Origin: Gemmatimonadota bacterium
Lineage (GTDB): Bacteria > Gemmatimonadota > Gemmatimonadetes > Palauibacterales > KS3-K002
DNA: 64,000 bases
NCBI GenBank assembly: GCA_039586495.1
Contig: JBDHKG010000040.1
Coordinates: 6,681-70,680 of the forward strand
Direction of reading: 5' to 3'
Shown here: positions 38,183 through 47,967 of the stretch, piece after piece
Position numbering within the stretch: the stretch's first letter is position 1
Layout: every line of letters begins with the position of its first letter
Made by a program: the position numbers and the translations under genes
The notes under the pieces: generated by a model
What the model saw: only the letters and a program-made list of their open reading frames with translations
What the model was told of the DNA's origin: nothing
Database searches by the model: none

Positions 38183-39187
38183 ATGCCTCTGGCGGAGATG
38201 ACCAAGCTGATCATCCAGATTCCCTGTTACAACGAGGGGGCGACGCTGCCTGTTACCCTCGCTGCTCTGCCGCGGAAGCTTCCGGGCGTGGACGCCGTCG
38301 AGTGGCTGGTCATCGACGATGGCAGCGAGGATGATACGCAGGAGGTCGCCAGGAAGGCGGGGGTGGATCATGTCGTCCGCCTGCCGCGCCATCAGGGGCT
38401 GGCGAGAGCCTTTCTCGCAGGTCTCGACGCATCGCTGCAGGCGGGCGCCGACGTCATCGTCAATACGGACGCCGACAACCAGTACTGCGCAGACGACATA
38501 CCGAAGCTCATCGAGCCCATCCTCAGCGGTGAGGCCGAGATCGTGGTGGGCACGCGCCCGATCAACCACATCAGGCACTTCTCACCGCTCAAGAGATTGC
38601 TGCAGCGGGTCGGTAGCCGGGTGACGCGCGCGATCAGCCAGACCGACGTACAGGACGCGCCCAGTGGCTTCCGGGCGTTCAGTCGCGACGCGGCCATGAA
38701 GCTCCACGTCTTCAACGAATACACCTACACGATCGAGACCATCATTCAGGCGGGGCAGAAGGGCATGGCGATCACCTCCGTTCCGGTACGTACGAACGAG
38801 GATCTGCGGCCCTCCCGACTCGTGAGGAACCTTCCCAGCTATCTTCACCGGCAGTTGCTCACCATGGTGCGGATCTTCATGACCTACAAACCGTTCCGAT
38901 TCTTCGCCACCGCCGGTGCGATCGTGTTCGCAGCCGGTTTGTTCATCAGCGTCAGGTTCCTGTATTTCTACATCGCCGGTAACGGAGCCGGGCACATCCA
39001 GTCGCTGATCCTCTCGGCTCTCCTGATGGGGACCGGCTTCTTCTTGGCCATCGTCGGCCTCATCGCCGATCTCATCTCCGTCAACCGCCAGCTTCTGGAG
39101 ATCCTGGACTGGCGCACCCAGAAGATCGAAGAGAGCCTGAGCGACAAGCGGGCCTCGGCGCCGGCGAAGCCGAGCGAGCACGGATGA
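38183..39187 (+). CDS. GT2 polyprenyl-phosphate glycosyltransferase (DPM1/ArnC/GtrB-like; makes a lipid-P-monosaccharide donor)
   Basis: 334 aa; N-terminal GT-A domain (IPCYNE…, VIDDGSED, DADNQY) plus 2 C-terminal TM helices, as in ArnC/GtrB. Confidence 0.8.
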   Translation: MPLAEMTKLIIQIPCYNEGATLPVTLAALPRKLPGVDAVEWLVIDDGSEDDTQEVARKAGVDHVVRLPRHQGLARAFLAGLDASLQAGADVIVNTDADNQYCADDIPKLIEPILSGEAEIVVGTRPINHIRHFSPLKRLLQRVGSRVTRAISQTDVQDAPSGFRAFSRDAAMKLHVFNEYTYTIETIIQAGQKGMAITSVPVRTNEDLRPSRLVRNLPSYLHRQLLTMVRIFMTYKPFRFFATAGAIVFAAGLFISVRFLYFYIAGNGAGHIQSLILSALLMGTGFFLAIVGLIADLISVNRQLLEILDWRTQKIEESLSDKRASAPAKPSEHG

Positions 39188-40470
39188 CGCGCTTCGTGCC
39201 GACCTTTGACAGGCGGCTTCAGGTGGGCGCGCCCGGCGGAGCCGGCCCGACGGGAATCGCAAGGCGGGCGCGAGAGGAGGGGTACGGACTCGAGCGACTG
39301 GCGGCGATCCAGGAGACCGTCCTCGACGTGGCGCGGAGCGCCGGCTACGAGGGCTACTCAAAGCACGACGCGCTCAACGCGCCCTGCCTGGAGGCCATCG
39401 CAGGCGGCTCCAGGTGGGCACGACTGCTCGCCATCCAGGCGGTGATGCGCTCGCCTCTGCACGTGCGGCCGCTCATCGGCGTCCGCCGGGCACGGAATGT
39501 CAAGGGGCTGTCGCTCTTCGCTCGAGCCTTGCTGGCCCGCTACCGGGTGCTGGGCGACGACGCGAGCGCAGAGGAGGCGCGACACCTGCTCACCTGGCTG
39601 GCCGATCACCCCTCGCCGGGCTTTCCCTGGACGGCCTGGGGATATCCCTATCCCTGGGAGGATGTCGGGTTCTTCGCGCCGCGACACTTCCCGAACCGTG
39701 TGGTGACGTCCTTTGTGGTTCAGGCCCTGCTGGACGGCCATGAGACGCTTGCCGACCAGCGCTTGCTGCACGTGGCAGTCCAGGCGGTCGAGTTTCTGTT
39801 GGAGGCTCCGACGACGCTCTACGAGGATGAGCGCCACCGCTGCGTCAGCTACGTGCCGAGCGACACGGTGAGCTGGATCGTCCTGGACGTGCCGGCTCTC
39901 ACAGGAGCAGCGGTCGCGCGCCTGGCGGCGCTGCGGAAGGACGCCGGCCTGATGCGGGAGGCGGCCCGGCTCATGCGCTACGTGGTCTCAAAGCAGACCG
40001 ACTACGGCGCCTGGTACTACGCCGATCCGCCGTCCGCCAGCCATATCACTCATGACAACTACCATACGGGGTTCATCCTCGATGCCATCCTCGAGTATGG
40101 CCGCGCCGCACAGAGCAGCGAGTTCGAGGATGCCTACCGGCGCGGGGTTGACTTCTACCGCGAGCGCCTGTTCGAACCCGATGGGGCGCCGCGCTTCATG
40201 CACGATCGGAAGTACCCCTTCGATATCCACGGCGCAGCCCAGGGGATCATCACTTTCGCCAGAGCTCAGCGAGCCTTGGATGAAGGTTGCGATCTCTCGG
40301 CCCGCGTGTTGAACTGGACCCTTGCGAACATGTACAACGCTCGCACTCACTGGTTCTACTACCAGAAACACAGGCCCTTCCGCACTCCGATCCGCCTGCT
40401 CCGCTGGTGCCAGGCATGGATGGCGTGGGCGATTGGCTGTCACCTGGAGTGCTGCGGGAGTCCGTCATGA
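39184..40470 (+). CDS. Hypothetical protein, possibly an alpha/alpha-toroid sugar-modifying enzyme
   Basis: 428 aa, no TM; Trp/Tyr-rich blocks (WTAWGYPYPWEDVGFF, DNYHTGFILDAILEYG). Function not recognised; family guess is weak. Confidence 0.4.
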   Translation: MTRFVPTFDRRLQVGAPGGAGPTGIARRAREEGYGLERLAAIQETVLDVARSAGYEGYSKHDALNAPCLEAIAGGSRWARLLAIQAVMRSPLHVRPLIGVRRARNVKGLSLFARALLARYRVLGDDASAEEARHLLTWLADHPSPGFPWTAWGYPYPWEDVGFFAPRHFPNRVVTSFVVQALLDGHETLADQRLLHVAVQAVEFLLEAPTTLYEDERHRCVSYVPSDTVSWIVLDVPALTGAAVARLAALRKDAGLMREAARLMRYVVSKQTDYGAWYYADPPSASHITHDNYHTGFILDAILEYGRAAQSSEFEDAYRRGVDFYRERLFEPDGAPRFMHDRKYPFDIHGAAQGIITFARAQRALDEGCDLSARVLNWTLANMYNARTHWFYYQKHRPFRTPIRLLRWCQAWMAWAIGCHLECCGSPS

Positions 40471-41339
40471 TCGGCTTCCCGGGCGCCGAGCAATCCCTGG
40501 ACCCGGATCTCTCCTGGCTCGAGAAGGCCTACATCCGTTGTCTGGGCCTGCCGATCAGCGGATTACGGATACGCCTGCGCCGCGTTCTTCCTGTCACCCG
40601 CGGCTCATACCACAAGATTCTCGATGCCGGGTGCGGCCCGGGTGTCTTCACCATGGAGCTGGCCAAGCAGCACCGCGAAGCGGACGTGCTCGGTATCGAC
40701 ATCGACGAGGCCGCCGTGAGGCGGGCGGCGCTGATCGCAGAGCGGGCGGGAATCTCGAACTGCCGTTTCCTGGTCGGCGATGTCACGGACCTCGGCATCA
40801 GCGACGAGTTCGATCTCGTCCTCAGCGTAGACAACCTCGAACACATCGAGGACGACGTCCAGGCCATGCGTAACCTGCGGGCTGCGCTCAAGCCCGGAGG
40901 TACGCTGGTCGTTCACGTCCCGGGCTATTATCGCCGCTGGCTCATGTTCGGGCGGCGAGTGAACTTTCACGTGCCAGGACATGTTCGACCCGGGTACACC
41001 TCCGAGCGACTGACGGCGAAGCTCGAGCAGGCGGGCTTCGAGGTCTTGGAGCATCGCTACACCTACGGCGCACTCGAGACCTTCACCAACAACATCTCTT
41101 ACCTGATCTCGGGAGCGGAACAGCGAAATAAGCAGCTCTACGCCGTCGTCTTCCCGCTTCTGCTCGCTGTTTCGTATTTCGGGAAGTTCTTGCATCCTCG
41201 CTGGGGGGCCGGCCTGCTGGCGACCGCACGGCGTCCCAGTCGCGGCGACCGTCGCGTCGGTCCGTCCGGGCAAAGTCAGGACTCAATGGGACTAACAGGA
41301 CAAGATGAGACAGATCGTTCGACGCGTTATCGACCGTAA
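40467..41339 (+). CDS. Class I SAM-dependent methyltransferase
   Basis: Likely start MIGFPGAEQ (ATGA overlap with upstream stop). Motif I ILDAGCGPGVFT; acidic post-motif; Methyltransf_11/12-like. Confidence 0.7.
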   Translation: MIGFPGAEQSLDPDLSWLEKAYIRCLGLPISGLRIRLRRVLPVTRGSYHKILDAGCGPGVFTMELAKQHREADVLGIDIDEAAVRRAALIAERAGISNCRFLVGDVTDLGISDEFDLVLSVDNLEHIEDDVQAMRNLRAALKPGGTLVVHVPGYYRRWLMFGRRVNFHVPGHVRPGYTSERLTAKLEQAGFEVLEHRYTYGALETFTNNISYLISGAEQRNKQLYAVVFPLLLAVSYFGKFLHPRWGAGLLATARRPSRGDRRVGPSGQSQDSMGLTGQDETDRSTRYRP

Positions 41340-43485
41340 GGGTAAGGTGGTCGTCATCGACCTGCCCGAGCCGCAGCTCGATCCGGATCAGGTGCTGGTT
41401 CAGAACTACTACTCGCTGATCAGCTCGGGCACCGAGTTGAGCACCGTGTCCAGGACGCCTGTCGAGCTCGTGCGACAGACGCTCTCGGACCCCTGGATGC
41501 GGAAGGCCGTGCAGCAGACAGTGCTCGCGGCAGGTGTCACACAGACGGCCCGCAGGGTCTGGCACGAGATGATCAAGCCCCGCGAGATCGGCTACAGCGG
41601 GGCGGGCCGAGTGCTGTCTGTCGGCGAGCGCGCCGAAGGGCTTCGCGTGGGTGACAAGGTCGCCTTCGCAGCCACCGGCCACGCGGAGATCGTGGCGCCC
41701 ACCATCAACCATATCGTCCCGGTCCCGGAGGCGGTGGAGCTCCGACACGCCGCCTTCGTCACGGTTGGCGGCATCGTCATACAGTCGCTGCGTCGGGCCG
41801 AGATCCAGTTCGGCGAGACAGTCGCCGTATTCGGCCTCGGACTTCTGGGCCAGCTCTGCGCGATGGTTGCCAAGGCCGCGGGTTGCGTCGTCGTGGGGAT
41901 CGATGTCAACGAGAGGCGGAACGAGCTGGCCCGACGCATCGGACTCGACTTCGTTGTCAACCCGACTCAGTCCGATCTCAAGCGGCGAGTCATGGATTTC
42001 ACGGGGAAACACGGCGTCGACGCAACAGTCATCTGCGCCAGCTCGAAGTCGAAGAGCACGATCAACGCCTCGATGGAGATCACGCGGAAGCAAGGGCGAG
42101 TCGTCATCGTAGGCTATGTCAAGCTCGACATTCATCCCAAGAATTTCCTGTACAACGAGATCGACCTCCGCTACTCGCGGGCTTACGGCCCCGGCAGCTA
42201 TCACCACGGGTATGAACAAGGTCGCTTGGACTACCCCTTCGCTTATGTGCGCTGGACGGAGAAGCGGAATCTGGCCGAGTTCATCCGGCTCGTCAGTGAA
42301 GGGACCGTCGATCCCGAGCCACTGATCGGCGGTGTTTTCCCGATCGAGAAGGCACAGGATGCCTTCGACGCGATCAGCGAGGGAACCCTGGAGGGAGTCG
42401 CGGCACTGATCGCCTACGATGTGGAGAAGGAACCGGACCGCCGCCGGACCCTCGAGGTGCGCCCGCGACCCAAGAAGTCGGGCGAAGTCGGCATCTCGAT
42501 TATCGGTTGCGGGAACCACGCGCTGGCCACTCATCTCCCCAACCTTCGTGCTATGCGCGGGGTCCAAGTGCGCGGCCTGGCCTCGGCCACGGGAAAGAAC
42601 GCTCTGTTGGTGGCCAAGAGCCTGGGTGCCACCGTCGTCACCACCGACGTCGAGGAGGTACTGAGCGACCCGGACACCGACGCTGTAATTATCTCCTCCA
42701 ACCAGCCGGAGCACTTCCAGCATCTGCGCCGGGCGGTGGAAGCTGGCAAAGCGGTCTTCCTCGAGAAGCCGCTTGTCACCCTGCTCGACGACCTGAAAGA
42801 GGTGCTGCGGATCATGGAGGACGAGCCGATCCTCTTCACCCTCGGGCTCAACCGCCGCTACTCGCCGCTCGTGGCAAAGCTTCGAGGAGTGCTGGAAGGG
42901 TCGGTGCACTCAGTGAACTATACGGTAGCCGAGCGATACATCCCCCCGGATCACTGGAGCCTCGACGAGATCGAAGGCGGCGGCCGCCTGGTGAGCGAAG
43001 GCGAGCACTTCATCGATCTCTGCCATCTGCTCGTCGGCCGCGAGCCACTATCCGTGTATGCACGGGCTCTGGCACCCGTGCCTGACGACCTTCGCAAGCT
43101 GTGCAATTACGCGCTCACCATCCACTACGACGGGGCCGTCGCCAACGTGGTCTTCAACGAGAGCAGCGGTGCCGGATTCCCGCGCGAGCGCCTGCAGGTG
43201 CTGGCCCCCGGTCAGGTCGCGATCCTGGATGACTTCGCGAAGCTGACCGTCCACGGACGGAAAGTGAAATCGTATGGCAGTCGCACGCGAAGGCAGATGG
43301 GGCACAGGCAGGCCCTGAGTGAGTTCGTAGCTGCGATTCGCGGTGAGCCCAACAACCTGCTCACCTGGAATGAAGCCCTGCTGGCCACGCTATGCATGTT
43401 CGCCGCCCAGGAGAGCATCCGCAGCGGCGAGCCGGTCGACCTACGGCAGTTCAGGCGCGTCTTCTCGGGCGCCGGAGCGAACTAA
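41305..43485 (+). CDS. Bi-domain oxidoreductase: N-terminal zinc-type MDR alcohol/sugar dehydrogenase fused to C-terminal Gfo/Idh/MocA NAD(P) oxidoreductase
   Basis: 726 aa; the N-terminal half has the MDR Rossmann GLGLLGQLCAMVAKAAG; the C-terminal half has the Gfo/Idh/MocA N-terminal pattern (GISIIGCGNHA…, EKPL). Confidence 0.75.
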   Translation: MRQIVRRVIDRKGKVVVIDLPEPQLDPDQVLVQNYYSLISSGTELSTVSRTPVELVRQTLSDPWMRKAVQQTVLAAGVTQTARRVWHEMIKPREIGYSGAGRVLSVGERAEGLRVGDKVAFAATGHAEIVAPTINHIVPVPEAVELRHAAFVTVGGIVIQSLRRAEIQFGETVAVFGLGLLGQLCAMVAKAAGCVVVGIDVNERRNELARRIGLDFVVNPTQSDLKRRVMDFTGKHGVDATVICASSKSKSTINASMEITRKQGRVVIVGYVKLDIHPKNFLYNEIDLRYSRAYGPGSYHHGYEQGRLDYPFAYVRWTEKRNLAEFIRLVSEGTVDPEPLIGGVFPIEKAQDAFDAISEGTLEGVAALIAYDVEKEPDRRRTLEVRPRPKKSGEVGISIIGCGNHALATHLPNLRAMRGVQVRGLASATGKNALLVAKSLGATVVTTDVEEVLSDPDTDAVIISSNQPEHFQHLRRAVEAGKAVFLEKPLVTLLDDLKEVLRIMEDEPILFTLGLNRRYSPLVAKLRGVLEGSVHSVNYTVAERYIPPDHWSLDEIEGGGRLVSEGEHFIDLCHLLVGREPLSVYARALAPVPDDLRKLCNYALTIHYDGAVANVVFNESSGAGFPRERLQVLAPGQVAILDDFAKLTVHGRKVKSYGSRTRRQMGHRQALSEFVAAIRGEPNNLLTWNEALLATLCMFAAQESIRSGEPVDLRQFRRVFSGAGAN

Positions 43486-43497
43486 GCCTTTTCGTGC

Positions 43498-44556
43498 ATG
43501 CGCATCCTGATCGACATTCTCCACCCGGCGCATGTGCATTTCTTCCGCAATTTCCACGCGGAGATGGCCAAGCGCGGGCATGAACTCCGCGTTACTGCAC
43601 GCGCCAAGGAGTGCTCGATCGAACTCCTGGAGCGATACGGGCTGCCGCACCAGCTCATATCGGTGCAGCGGTCCGGCCAGTTGGGACTGGCGGCTGAACT
43701 CATGCAGCGGACCTTCCGTCTGGCGCAGGTGATTCAAGCGTTTCGCCCGACCGTGCTGACGGGAATCATGGGGCCGAGCATCGCGCTAACGGGAAAGATC
43801 TATCGTGTCCCCGCGGTGGTCTTCTATGACACCGAATTCGCAGCGCAAACCAACTGGTTCGTCTACCCGCTCGCCCACAGCGTCTGCACACCCGACTGCT
43901 ATCAGGGCAACGTGCGGGGAACACACCGAACCTATGCCGGTTACCACGAGCTCGCCTATCTCCACCCCAACCGTTTCGCACCCGATCCTGGGAAGCTCAA
44001 GGCGTTCGGCGTGAGCCCTGGCGAGCCCTACTCGATCGTTCGCTTCGTGTCGTGGCAGGCGATACATGACCGCCGCGAGCAGGGACTGGCCGTCGAACAG
44101 AAACGCGAGCTCGTCTTTCTGCTCGAACAACACGGCCGTGTGCTGATCTCCTCCGAGGGGCCTCTTCCAGATGACCTTCAGGACAAGAAGGTCGCCGGCC
44201 CTATCCAAGACATACACCACCTGCTGGCCTACGCTCAGCTGATCGTGGGAGAGTCGGCCACCATGGCCTCGGAGGCCGGTGTCCTCGGCGTGCCCGCCGT
44301 CTTCATAGCCAAGACGGGACGCGGGTACATCAACGACCAAGAACGACGCTACGGCCTGATACGCCACTTCACTGAGGATCGCTTCACCGATGCGGTCGAA
44401 ACCGTCTCCGGACTGCTTCGCGGCGTGCTGCCTGCCGACTTGAGAGCGCAAGCGCGGGAGCGACTGCTAAGAGAGAAGATCGATGTGACCGAGTGGATGG
44501 TCAGCTACTTCGAGCAGCAGTTCAGCGAGGGATCGCAGCGAGGGACTAGGGATTAG
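43498..44556 (+). CDS. DUF354 family protein (predicted GT-B-like glycosyltransferase/epimerase)
   Basis: 352 aa; diagnostic DUF354 N-terminus MRILIDILHPAHVHFF. Confidence 0.7.
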   Translation: MRILIDILHPAHVHFFRNFHAEMAKRGHELRVTARAKECSIELLERYGLPHQLISVQRSGQLGLAAELMQRTFRLAQVIQAFRPTVLTGIMGPSIALTGKIYRVPAVVFYDTEFAAQTNWFVYPLAHSVCTPDCYQGNVRGTHRTYAGYHELAYLHPNRFAPDPGKLKAFGVSPGEPYSIVRFVSWQAIHDRREQGLAVEQKRELVFLLEQHGRVLISSEGPLPDDLQDKKVAGPIQDIHHLLAYAQLIVGESATMASEAGVLGVPAVFIAKTGRGYINDQERRYGLIRHFTEDRFTDAVETVSGLLRGVLPADLRAQARERLLREKIDVTEWMVSYFEQQFSEGSQRGTRD

Positions 44557-44589
44557 GCACCACTGGCGGACTGAAGTCAGCGTGCTCTC

Positions 44590-45213
44590 TTACTTTCTGG
44601 CCACCAGGACGATATTGCTCGCCACGACAAGTCCGATCAGATCTTCCAGGGCCCACCAGATCGGCTGACGGCCGGTCCGCCAACTCCGTGAGTAACGAGA
44701 TACACCTCTCAGGTAGTTCAGAGAATACCTGCGGGCGGATATCTCTCTGAAGCCGGCGTCGTAGGCGAGCCGCTTGATGGACTCGAAACAGAATGGATGC
44801 CTGTGCGTGTAGTCTCGCCAGAACCCGTGCCCGACCCTGTAGATGTCCGGGGTGATGACTATGACGCTGCCCCCCGGCATCAGGATCCGATGTATCTCGC
44901 GCAGCAGGAACAGAGGATCTGCGATATGCTCTACGACACTATCGCAACTCACTGCCTGGAAGGACGCAGCTGCGAATGGCAGGCCGTCCGTGATGTCTGC
45001 ACGCGCGCACGTCAGGCCACGGGAGCGCGCGAGCTTCAACGCGTCTTCGTCTACGTCGATCCCGATGATACGCTCCGGACAATGCTGCAGGAAGTTCCCC
45101 GTGGAGCATCCGATGTCCAGGATCCGTCCTCCCAACGCGGAAAAATAACGGTAGTAGAGCTTCCGCTTCCGCGTTGGCGTCGGGAGGTTATCGCGCTCCG
45201 AATAGTAACTCAT
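44590..45213 (-). CDS. Class I SAM-dependent methyltransferase
   Basis: 207 aa; motif I ILDIGCSTGNF, motif II LMPGGSVIV. Confidence 0.7.
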   Translation of the reverse strand: MSYYSERDNLPTPTRKRKLYYRYFSALGGRILDIGCSTGNFLQHCPERIIGIDVDEDALKLARSRGLTCARADITDGLPFAAASFQAVSCDSVVEHIADPLFLLREIHRILMPGGSVIVITPDIYRVGHGFWRDYTHRHPFCFESIKRLAYDAGFREISARRYSLNYLRGVSRYSRSWRTGRQPIWWALEDLIGLVVASNIVLVARK

Positions 45214-45325
45214 GCCTTACCAGCCGCAGCGTTCGCCACAGGCGCTGTTTCTCGGCCTGACCCGGCCCCGGCCCTCGTGCAACCGGCGTGGAAAGCCCGC
45301 TGGCCCCGCGCGACCGTCTCGGATC

Positions 45326-46534
45326 CTACGGTTGGCGCGACTCGAGTGACCGGAGGTGCTCCAGAAACCTCTCATAGGCCCTCTCCCACGTCCAGCGCTT
45401 CACCATCTCCTTTGCCCGGCCACCCATTCGAGCGAGCTCCTCCGGGGGGCCTGCCAGCAGGCCTGCGATGAGATCCGCGATCTCCTCAGCGCCGTATGCC
45501 GCCGGGAGCTTGCGGCCGTTCTCACCGTCGACGACGGTCTCCTCGACGCCGCCACCCTCGAACGCCACGACCGGCACTCCCAAAGAACCCGCCTCGAGTG
45601 GAGTCAGCCCGAAGGGGACATCTCTCTCCAGATACACGTACAGGGTGGCACCGCTCATGTAGCGCAGCACATCCGCATACTCGGTGACAAAGCCGGTCAT
45701 CAAACAGTATGGCTCGAGCTCGAGCGACCGGATCAACCTGGCGACTCTTTCACGGAGAGGGCCATCCCCAACGATCACTCCGCTAACGTCGACCCCCCGC
45801 TGCCTGAGCCCGTGCACGACCTGCACAAACACGTCGAAGTTCTTCTTCGGAATGATCTTGCCCGCGCTCACGAGTATGTGCTTGCTGCGGATCGGAAGAG
45901 CGCGCCGAATGAATCCGGGGTCAAGCAGGTCGGGGTGGGGAGGAGCGATGCCAGGGCTCGCAAGCGCGACGTCGCGGCGATAGACGCGAACACAATCGTC
46001 GCGGACCATCTTCGAGATGGCGATCACCAAATCTGCCCGTCCAGCAAAGAGCTTGTCGAGCCAGCGATACAGAGGCGCCAGAACAGGCACCAGCCAGCTC
46101 AGCGGGGGATAGCTGCGGGCCACCAGTGCCGTTTGCCCATAGGCGAAATGCGGCAGCTGCAGACAGAGAAAGACCCGATTCTTCTTTCGGCGGAGGCTGT
46201 CAATGAACAATGAAGACAGTGTATTGTCGTTCCAGTAGACGTCATAGTCGCTGTCTTCGGGGACGAGTCTGGATAGAAACGGGGAATAGAGGACATCACA
46301 CAGGCTCTCAAGAAAATGAAAGCGTTTCGGCTGGTGCGCCCAATTCAGCTGCCTGACCTCTACGTCGTCCGGGAAATTGGCGGCCAATCCGGTGGGCAAG
46401 TGGCGGGTGACCACCGTCACGCGCTGGTGTCGCCGAACAGCCTCTCGCGCGAATTGGAAACAAAAGTGCTCCGCCCCCGAGTAGGTCTTGAACCGGGGAA
46501 ACACGTGCACGATTCTCAGCGTGGCGGTCTGCAT
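45326..46534 (-). CDS. GT4 family glycosyltransferase (GT-B)
   Basis: Likely start MQTATLRIVHVFP. C-terminal E…EGGGVEETVVDGENG GT4 nucleotide-sugar-binding motif. Confidence 0.75.
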   Translation of the reverse strand: MQTATLRIVHVFPRFKTYSGAEHFCFQFAREAVRRHQRVTVVTRHLPTGLAANFPDDVEVRQLNWAHQPKRFHFLESLCDVLYSPFLSRLVPEDSDYDVYWNDNTLSSLFIDSLRRKKNRVFLCLQLPHFAYGQTALVARSYPPLSWLVPVLAPLYRWLDKLFAGRADLVIAISKMVRDDCVRVYRRDVALASPGIAPPHPDLLDPGFIRRALPIRSKHILVSAGKIIPKKNFDVFVQVVHGLRQRGVDVSGVIVGDGPLRERVARLIRSLELEPYCLMTGFVTEYADVLRYMSGATLYVYLERDVPFGLTPLEAGSLGVPVVAFEGGGVEETVVDGENGRKLPAAYGAEEIADLIAGLLAGPPEELARMGGRAKEMVKRWTWERAYERFLEHLRSLESRQP

Positions 46535-46792
46535 GACCTCTCCGCACGAAGTCCTCTTAGGCACCGTAGCGCTGCCGGCGACATCTCACTGATTCCGACC
46601 GGTTGCCGGAACCAAGGGCATCGAGCCTAGGGCACTCGGGACTCGGCAGGGGAACGAGACAGCGGAGCGGCATCCATACTATCAAGGGAATCGCTGCGAT
46701 TCAAGTCGGTTCGATCCCACGTCGGCACTTCCGAGCACGAGGACGACAACAGTACGGCCTCAGCGCTGCACATTCCGGCGGAGAAGAAAGCG

Positions 46793-47854
46793 ATGTATAC
46801 TCGGGGCGGCGCGGTCTGGGCCGCCTGCGCCTCGGCTTCACTGCAGCGCAGCGCCTCGTTCAGACTGCTGAATCTCCCACAGACTCGCAGCGGAGCTGAC
46901 TTGTCTCGGAAGCGTCTGTTCCTTTGGCTAGGTACGTCTCTCGGCCTCCTGCTGTTCGCGGCGTTGCTGCTTCACTACGAGCCCGAGTCGGTGTTCGCGC
47001 CACTACTGCGGAGCAGGTTTCACATACTGGTGACAGTGACGGTGATACTGGCCGCGATCCAGCTACTGAACGCCGTGTCGCCGGTCGTGCTGCTGGGCCG
47101 GCCGCAGGAAGGAGAGCTCACGTGGTGGTCGCGTACGCGCGCGTTCCTGGCCTTGCAGCCCCTGACGCTCTTCGCCCCGGGACGCCTGTCCGACTTCGGC
47201 GCCTTGCCACTGCTGAGCAGGTTCTACGCACCCGGGAGGCTGGCAAGCTCGATTGTCCTGGACCGATTGGTCACGCTCTTCTTCCTTTTGCTCATGACGC
47301 CACTCGCTTTGCGCCTGGTCATTCCGGGTGGAGCGTCGGGTCTCATAGACCTGATCGTGGCCGTCTGCCTCGTCCTGGTCGGCGCGCTCCCGTTCCTACT
47401 CACGAATCGAAGGGTCCGCGACCTGGCCAATCGCACCTTGCTGCGCCTGTCGCCGGGTGCCTTGCGCGGCTTTGCAGCGCACACGAAGCTTCTTCTCCAC
47501 TCTGCTCGCACGCGCTTGCTGCTCAACCTGATACTGACCGCACTCAAGACCGTTTTGTCCGCCGCCACAATCTCCCTCCTAGCCGGGAGCATGGGGCTGT
47601 CCCTCGACCTGCTCACCGCGACCTGGATGTCGGTGCTGGTTCAGCTGGCGACATCCGTTCCGCTGTCTATTCAGGGAATCGGCGTAGCCGAGGGCTCGTT
47701 GGCCGGCTTGTTCGCGCTCAACGGACTCCCCGGGGCCCTGGCGCTCTCTATTTCCGTGATCTCCCGCATCTTGCTACTGGCCGTCATGGCTGTCATTTAC
47801 TTTACCACGACGATGCCGCTGCTCTCCGAGCAGTTTGGGAGTGCGCGAGATTGA
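46793..47854 (+). CDS. Flippase-like membrane protein (lysylphosphatidylglycerol-synthase TM-region / UPF0104 family)
   Basis: 353 aa, ~8 TM helices, family-typical C-terminal region. Start position uncertain. Confidence 0.5.
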   Translation: MYTRGGAVWAACASASLQRSASFRLLNLPQTRSGADLSRKRLFLWLGTSLGLLLFAALLLHYEPESVFAPLLRSRFHILVTVTVILAAIQLLNAVSPVVLLGRPQEGELTWWSRTRAFLALQPLTLFAPGRLSDFGALPLLSRFYAPGRLASSIVLDRLVTLFFLLLMTPLALRLVIPGGASGLIDLIVAVCLVLVGALPFLLTNRRVRDLANRTLLRLSPGALRGFAAHTKLLLHSARTRLLLNLILTALKTVLSAATISLLAGSMGLSLDLLTATWMSVLVQLATSVPLSIQGIGVAEGSLAGLFALNGLPGALALSISVISRILLLAVMAVIYFTTTMPLLSEQFGSARD

Positions 47855-47967
47855 TCGGTCACGGGCCCGATCCGGCTCCGCGAACGATCGTGACCTCGGC
47901 CTCATCTCGCATCTCTGGGCAGGGAGCGTGGCGGGTGGTCAGGACGACCAGCACGGGCGCGAAGTGA

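Noticed and set aside
46708-46718. GGTTCGATCCC, a tRNA T-arm-like motif, in the 228-bp divergent intergenic region between the GT4 gene and the flippase-like gene
   Set aside because: No complementary T-stem, acceptor stem or anticodon arm could be folded around it; it is an isolated motif, not a tRNA or tmRNA.
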